Notes under the pieces: generated by a model
Database searches by the model: none
What the model was told of the DNA's origin: nothing
The model's input: the letters and a program-made list of their open reading frames with translations, nothing else
Shown: positions 56,247 through 64,000 of the stretch, in pieces
Numbering within the stretch: the first letter of the stretch is position 1
Layout: each line of letters starts with the position of its first letter
Source: Amoebidium appalachense
Lineage: Eukaryota > Protista > Ichthyosporea
NCBI GenBank assembly: GCA_963693365.1
Contig: CAVNZM010000002.1
Coordinates: 11,092,328-11,156,327, forward strand
Direction of reading: 5' to 3'
Length of the DNA stretch: 64,000 nt
Program-made: the position numbers and the translations under genes

Positions 56247-57139
56247 TTTGGCAGGGCAAAGTACCGAGGAAGGGGATGCATGGGGCATCAACGACCATTG
56301 TCAGTCTGCCGCGGTAGGTTGAGTAGTTGCCCTTGTCACTGACTATCTCCTGCATCTCATGAAACAGCTCCATGGTCTTGGCCGGCACCGCCTGTACGTG
56401 TGTGTACGTGTGTGTACGTGTGTGTACGTGTGTGTACGTGTGCGTATGTGTGTGTACGTGTGTGTACGTGTGTGTCGGTGAGGGTACAGATGGGTACAAA
56501 AAAATTAGCTCAGATTGTTTTCAATGAAAAGCCGGAAATAAAGAAATGGAAGCGGTTCTTCAGTTAATAGTACACAGTTTACATTTGGGGAAGAGGGTGG
56601 TTAACAGCATGAATGAAAGCGAATGTAAGAGGGTAAGGGGCTAATGGGAGGAAGAGGGGGAAGGGGGAAGTAAAAGGAAAATGTGCATATTTATGTGTGG
56701 CATGATTACACAGGCTGTATCCCTGAGCAGAAAAGGGGGAGGGAAGGGGAAGTGGGGAGGAGGAAGGGGATATGCCATTCTAACACCCACGTCAATATGT
56801 TATAGCGATCAATACTGCTCTCTCTCTCTCTCTCTCTCCCCCCCCCCCCCCCCCCCCCCCTCTCTCTCTTCCTCTGGTTGTGTGCACCTGTGCCACCATG
56901 GACTATTCTATTCTAGCACCTACCGCCCAGGTCTTCTTGAGGCGCAGGATGCTTGCACTGCCCAGGGCAGACACCAGAGTGAACAGAGCATTGAAGTTCT
57001 TTATGGCCAGGCATTGCTGCACAGAAAAAAAACGGGTTGGTTAGTGTGTCAGGCATGGAGAATGGGAGGCACGGCCGGGGGAAAGAGAGGGGGGGGGGGG
57101 GGGGGGAGGGGGGGGGAGGGGGGAGAGGAGGTGGAGGGG

Positions 57140-57178
<39 letters not shown>

Positions 57179-57268
57179 GAGAGAGAGAGAGAGGAGAGAT
57201 TGGGTTAAGGAGGACAATGCACACATTCGCAAGGAGAAGAAGGAAAATGGGGGTGGGGTGTGTGTGTG

Positions 57269-57315
<47 letters not shown>

Positions 57316-58266
57316 GGGGGGACTGTAGGCATGTTCGGGAATGAAGGCATGAAAAAAACCCCCCAAAAATACTACGAGCTTTAAACAGAAATCAGAGCTA
57401 ATGTGTAGGCCGAAAAATATTGAAGAGAGCCCATCATCAGAGGGTTATGGGGGGGAATGAGCAGTAGAATTCGGGGATGATGGCACAGTTAGAACTGGTA
57501 CTCGGGGTCCTGAGGGCAACGGGGGGGGGGGGGGGGGGGGGAGGGTGAGAAGGAGGGAGGGATAGGAGGGGGGTGGGGGGGGGGGTGGGGGGAGTAGAGG
57601 GCATATCTAAGGGAGGGGGGAGGGGGAGGCTGGCGTACATAAAAGGTATATACTCGAGTGGTTGGGATTCTTTTCCTTGTGTGGACAGGATTGGATGGCT
57701 GGAAGATGGGGCTCAGGTGAATGCAAAGGAAGCAGTGACATAGGCAGAAGGAAAGATGTCTAGTCGATATGCATATGTGGTCGGGGGAAGGAGGTGGGGA
57801 AAGTTTACCTCTGCGATGGCAATCATGTGGCAGAGGGCCTTCACTCTCTTCTTGAGGTCTGTGTGCTTCAGAATCTCACAGGCAACCCACACGGCGACCT
57901 GTAGGGGTTACGCATGCGTGGGTTAGAGATAGAAAATGTTTAATGTAGGGATCGATGGATGTCACGGTTGCATAGAGTATTGACTTATGTGATGTGTGCG
58001 TGGATGGCAGGAGGAGAAGGGTGGCTGTGTAGATAGCTTGCAAGCAGTGATAGTGCGTAAGCATGTGGGCAACGGTGTTTGTGAGATTGTGTATGTCGTA
58101 ATTGTGTATGTTAATCCGGATGTGCTGTATGTCTTTGTGTGCCATTGATGGTAACGTTTCAGCGTGTGCCGCAATGCCACTGCGTGACTGAAAGAGTACA
58201 CTTGTGTATGCCTGTCGTGAATGTATTTATAAGCGTAGGTCAGCATTCACGGGCGGGGCGCGCGCG

Positions 58267-58327
<61 letters not shown>

Positions 58328-58512
58328 ACATGCAGGTCACGTGTCCGCACGTGCAAATTTCACATCACATCCATGGGTTGTTTAAGCGGATATAAATATG
58401 TATGTCTACTCGGGAATGGCGAAATCATGTTCGTGTGTGTGCATGAGTGTACAAGCAAGCATCCCCCCCCCCCCCCCCCCACCTCTCCCTCCCCCCTCCC
58501 CCCCCATCTTTC

Positions 58513-58543
<31 letters not shown>

Positions 58544-58866
58544 TTTGTCTGAAAGTGTGTGTATGTGTGTATATATATGTGCATGCCCTTCCGTATGCAT
58601 GCATGTGCACGCCACCATGTATGTGCCTGGTATTGTACATGTGCCCTGTTCACTGCACGTACATCGTTTGCCCTTGTGATCATGTGCAATATGTTCTTTG
58701 AGTTGTGCTGCCTCTCCTTGATGTTCCAGCTCAGGCCCATTGTCTCCTTGGGCTGGATGCGCTTGTAGATGTCAAACTCGATCAGCGTCAGCTGCCGTGC
58801 TATCTCCAGCGCATCAACCTCCTGTGGCCCACACACCAACGTGTTAGCCACGTCCCCTCCTCCCCC

Positions 58867-58898
<32 letters not shown>

Positions 58899-60583
58899 AC
58901 ACACACACCCTCCCAAACTTTAACCACCACAACCATCGCCTCCACCCCCCCCTCCCCCCCGAACACACACACGCCCCCCTTCCTCCCCCCCCCCCCCCCC
59001 CCCCCCGAACACACACACACTGCATCCCCCCCCCCCCCCCCCCCCCCCCTTCTCTTGCTCCTTCTGAGTTTCATCTGACTTTTACTATTGGTGAAGCGTT
59101 GGAAGTTGAAGGGGAGGGATGGGTATGGGTGTAGAGGTTGTAGGGGAAGTGGGGCCAAAAGACAAAGGGTGGGGAGTGTGTGGTTGTCTGTTATATTTGC
59201 TTTGGTGGGTGTGGAGAAAGAGTGTGGGGAAGCGGGGGAGTGAGAAGGCAAGGAACGGGGCTAGGGGTAGGGGGGGGGGGAGGGGGGGGGGAAGGGAGGT
59301 CGGGGTTGCTCACGGTGATGTCGACGTTTGCTGGGTCCCACTTCTTTGGCAGTATGGGGGTAGGGGCAGGCACGGAGTGCACCTGCGCCTCGGCCTTTTC
59401 GGCACCGTACAACTGCAACATGTAGTGTGAGCCACGTGTCATCCATGCACACAAAATAATGATAGTCGCGCCATGCATCCATCCTTTCCCTTCAAGGAGG
59501 AAAAATGGGGTGAAACATGTGTTAAAGGTCCGTGACGAGAAGGGAAGGGAGTGGAGAACGAAAGGAAGGTTACAGAGGAGGCAGGGCGGGGCAGAGGGGT
59601 AAGCTGGTGTGTGTACAAAGAGTTAGGTTGTAGAATTTGCTGGTAGCTTGTGGGAGAAGGAACGAAAAGCTGGAGTATAGATGTGGTATAAAGAGAAGTT
59701 TCATAAGTGCCAAAATGTGGTGCAACCACACACACCAATTGATATGTCATCGGCATTAGTAGAATACCGTGCGGGTACTTTTTGTGATCTGTCTAAGAAC
59801 AATACTATCTATCCTTTTTTTCTTTTACTTTCTTTCTTTCTTTCTTTCTTTTTATTTTTTTTTAGAGTTTTTTTGGTCGGGAACAAGGGGAAACATTTCA
59901 GACATAAAAACGCGTACCCTGTTTCTTTCCATGAGCTTCTGCAGGTTGCTTGCAGCGGACCTCAAATCTTTTGACATGAGCTCTGTGAAGGTGTTGAACT
60001 TGGCCACCAGCGTGGGGTCGTTGAAGAAGTCGTCAAAGCACTTGTTGAGCCACCACTTGAGAACGTTGAAGATTCTAAAGTGCAAAAAAGAAAAAAAGAT
60101 AGAAAGAAAAAAGGAAAGGGGGGGGGGGGGGGGGGGGGAAGATGGGGGGGGGAGGGGATTAGAATGCGTTATGGAATATGAAGTAAAGATTCATGAGGGA
60201 CAACACAATGCAGAATGTAAAGCATACCCGAGGGGGGAGAAGCTGGGGGGGGGGGGGGTAAGCATACTTCTACAAAGAAACGTTGGCCTTGACCCAAAAA
60301 AACACCCAGAGCCAAACACACTTTCTTCATTTTTCTTTCTTTCTTTCTTTTTTTTTTTTGTAGGGGGGGGGGGGGGGGTAAAAGGTGGTGGTGGTGGTGG
60401 TGGTGGTTGGGAGGAGGAGGGGGGCGGGGGAGGGCGGGGAGAGGGAGGAGGAGGAAGGGGGGGGGGGGGGGGGGGGGGGGGGGGGAGTTACCGAAGGCGG
60501 GTCTGAACCACGACCTGGGAGTTGTATTGCTCGGCCTGTTCCTTGGACAGGGCAGCAGGGATGGAGATGTTGTACCTGTGTGT

Positions 60584-60628
<45 letters not shown>

Positions 60629-61326
60629 CACATGCCTGAGTGTATGGGCATGCTCCAAGGCAACTTGAAACTGGTCTGCAGGAAGGGAAGGGAGAAGGGG
60701 GAGGGGGGAGGGAGGGGGGAGGGGGAAGGAGGCGGGGGGAAGGCGGGGGAGTAGAGGTGAGTGGCATATCAACATTTGAGAGCAGGAGCTCACAAATGAT
60801 GCAGACGGTGGGGGTGTGTGTGTGCCCAGAGGTCCAACCTATTGAAGACGTGTGGTGAAGGTGCATGCATGTCTCTGCTAAGGAAATGCATGGATGGACA
60901 CAGCATAAACCCACAATCACACGTGGAACATGGAAACACAAAGGGCAGTTCCCTTCCCATTCCCGCCAATCATGACACGCATAGATACCTAGCCCCAGCC
61001 ACCCACAGACCTGCACCCTAACTTGCCCATTTATCGACCAACCCAGGCCCATATATATCTACACAACAACAACCAAACCCCCTTCCCTCCCCCCTCCCCC
61101 CCTGCCGGACTCTGGCTCAACACAACCAAGCAAACAAACAAAAAAGCAAACCAAACAAATAAGCAAAACAAACAATCCCCTCTGCAGCACCTATGCTGGG
61201 GCACGTACCTGACAATCAGCTTGTCCATCAGGTCGTGTGGGGTGGTGAAGGAGTGGAAGGTCAGCATAAACGCCTCGATGAACTCAAGATCTAAAATGGA
61301 ATGGTGTGGGTGAGGTTAGAAAGAGC

Positions 61327-61360
<34 letters not shown>

Positions 61361-62535
61361 CAACATCTGCACGTGGAACCTACAAACGGCGCATTATCCT
61401 CCTCACCCCCCATTCCCCTCCCTCCCTTCTTTCCTTGTGAGCCACCCATCCTGTCCCCTTCTTATTCCTCTGCGCTCAGTTTAACCTATCTTATGCCTGG
61501 CTGTCTTTCCAACCTTTTCGCTGGTAATCTTGACCCCCCCCCCCCAAAAACACACACACACAACCTCCCCCCCCCCCCCCCCCCCCAAAAAAAAAAAAAA
61601 AAAAAAAACCAAAAAAACAAAAACAAGAAACAACAATAAAAATCAAAATAAAACAGAATAAATGAAACACAAGTAAAATCACCCATCCGTGACACATGCA
61701 TAACCCTCATCCAATCTCCCACCCACCCAACATACCACCATTCCCCTTCATCATCCCCCTGCCCTTCCCTCGCGCCTCTTTCAACCCCACCCCCTCCTCC
61801 CATCCCCCCCCCCCCCCCCCGTCCCCTCCCTCCCCGTCCCCCCCCCCCCCCCCTTCCCCCACAAAAATAAAAGCTCATTAGCCCCTCGTTCACTCCTCAC
61901 ACGATGGCACACACACGCGCGCATACCGCCGCCCCCCATGCACACACGCACCAGGCTCTCCATGGAACGTAAGTCTGTAGACCAGCATGTCCAGGGTGGC
62001 CCCCTTAACCCTCTTCATGCGGGTGGTATCTTTCATGTTCTCGTCCCACTCTATGTCTTTGCTCTCAGGGAACCCTAGCATCTTCTGGAATACATCGGCC
62101 TGGAGTGGGAAGAGGAGGAGAAGGTTAGAAGGGAGAAAGGAACATGAAGAGTGAGGGGAAGGTGGATCGATGAAGGGGGGCGTGGGTGCGGATGTGTAAT
62201 GGTAGGGGCAGCATGGGAGTAAGGCTGTGTGCACATCTGTCCGCGCACTTGGAGGGGGGGAGATGGAAAGGGGAAAGGATGGTGGGTAGGGGGTAGGGGT
62301 GGAGGTGGGGATCTGAAGAAAAAGGGAAGAGGTAGCGTTTCATTAGGAACACGTGATTGTAACAGAATTCTAGAAAAAAGTGGTTATTTTATGTTCTACA
62401 GGCTTGGCCTGCATGGATGAAAAGTCACACACGTCTACTGTGGCACATACCTTGACCCCCACACCGGCGGCAGACACACCCTTGAGGTTCTGGTCCACAG
62501 ACATACGCAGACTCTCTGCATTGAGGTTGGCCCGC

Positions 62536-62604
<69 letters not shown>

Positions 62605-62619
62605 TGTGTGTGTGTGGGT

Positions 62620-62690
<71 letters not shown>

Positions 62691-63986
62691 GGGGTTTTTA
62701 GTGGGAAGAGGGGGTTGGGGTGGGGGAGAGCGGGTGGGGAGGGGTATGAGGGAAGGGAGGGTCGGAACTTTTTAGATAGTATGGAGAAGAGAGGAATATG
62801 GGTACAAGGGGATGTGGTGTCAGGTTGCTGAAACATCTGAAGGAGAGAGGATGACGTTGCACACTTTCCATAGCCATGTATACCATACCCCTCAGGACAG
62901 TCTTTCCTTCGTTAATCGACTTGTTTTCTGGCTTCTTTCCCTCCATCTGAGGACCAACCCTCTCTCTCCTCCCCCTCTCCACCCGGCCCTTATATACCCT
63001 CCCTCTTCCCCCCCCCCCCTCCCCCCCCCCCCAAAAAAAAATAGTAATAATAAAATAAAACAAAACAAAAAATCCACACACACACACGCGCACGCGCGTA
63101 CACCCACACCCACACGCGAAACGACTCCCCCCCCCCACCCCCACCTCCCCTCTCCGTCACACCTACCAAAATGCCCTCCCCCCCCCCCCTCCCCCCTCCC
63201 CAACTCATCCCCACACACACACCCCTACCCACATACCCTAGACTCTGCCTCCTCCATCTGCCTGGCCATGATATCCAGCAGCTCTCTCTCCTCGTCCACT
63301 GCCTGTTGGGCTGCACTGGGCACCATCTTGACTGCTGACAGCAGACGCTCGGTGGCATCAAGCATGCGCTCCTCGGCATCGGGTGGCGGCCACACCCCTA
63401 TGCATGTGTACGTGTAAGTGTGTGTGTGGATCAGTTGTGTCGGTGGTGTTAGTGAGGTGGTCGTGGTGTAATTTATGGGGGGGCGGGGGGTAAGAATGCA
63501 TCGATCTAGCTGAACCCAATGGGTGCAAGGGTGCATGTTATCGAAAAAATAAGGTTCTAGAAGGGAAAGAATGTCGTGTCTGAGGGTGCTTGCATACGCG
63601 CCTAATCGTTTGTGTGTGTGGGCGCGCGCGCATCTCTGCGTGTGTAGGCATATGTAATTGAGTAGGAAGTATACATTCATAACGGAGAACATAATGCAGA
63701 GTGCGAGCCTCACAAAGCTTTGTGCACAATAATTACAGCTCATCCTCATCAATGAGACGTTTTTTTTTTTTTTTTTTTTTGGGGGGGGGGGGGGGGGAGG
63801 TATGCAAGTACCCGTAGCGATCATGGTTGACAGGGTGACGTCTCTGACCCTAAGCATGATAGGCCTCAGTGAGGCCTGCACAGCCTCCTCCGTGTCCTTC
63901 TTGACCCGCACATACTCCATGGCCTCCACCTCACTCTTGACTTGCAGCGCACCGTCCACTACCTCCTTGGCATGTGTGGCGTAGAA
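54797..63986 (-). CDS. Ras guanine-nucleotide exchange factor (REM + CDC25 domains), about 14 exons, 5' end outside the window
   Basis: Exon peptides VKGATLDMLVYRLT (~62000), FMLTFHSFTTPHDLMDKL (~61250), RIFNVLKWWLNKCFDDF (~60050), EIARQLTLIEFDIYKRIQPKE (~58780), NFNALF (~56990), NYSTYR..PCIPFLG (~56300), YLTDLTFIEEGNP..LLNFNKRR (~55470), LYEQSLKVE..* (54797). Confidence 0.93.
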
Positions 63987-64000
63987 CTGTGTGTGTGTGT

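Overview
Eukaryotic, intron-rich DNA saturated with (CA)n/(GA)n microsatellites and poly-C/G runs. The gene content suggests a unicellular opisthokont, possibly an ichthyosporean-type holozoan (inference only). Nearly all ORFs in the supplied track are repeat artefacts. Manual splicing gives eight genes: the 3' end of an SGNH/DxxH-type esterase (+); an AhpD/CMD-family peroxidase (+); a KANSL2/INO80D-family protein (-); PSMD6/Rpn7 (+); an intronless secreted protein with three 6-Cys repeats (-); a bacterial-like cysteine synthase CysK (-); an intronless sideroflexin (+); and a 5'-truncated RasGEF (-). The main finding is in the AhpD gene. It has an in-frame TGA (3313-3315) exactly at the second Cys of the E-x11-CxxC-x3-H active-site motif, the family-like sequence continues through two more exons, and a canonical eukaryotic SECIS lies in the 3'UTR (6323-6381). 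This is a candidate eukaryotic AhpD selenoprotein (CxxU). Also present are very small hairpin MITEs with 8-bp TSDs, a hAT-like MITE, a sense-oriented intronic repeat family with a hammerhead-like core motif, and a diverged ~2 kb tandem duplication in a gene-poor region.
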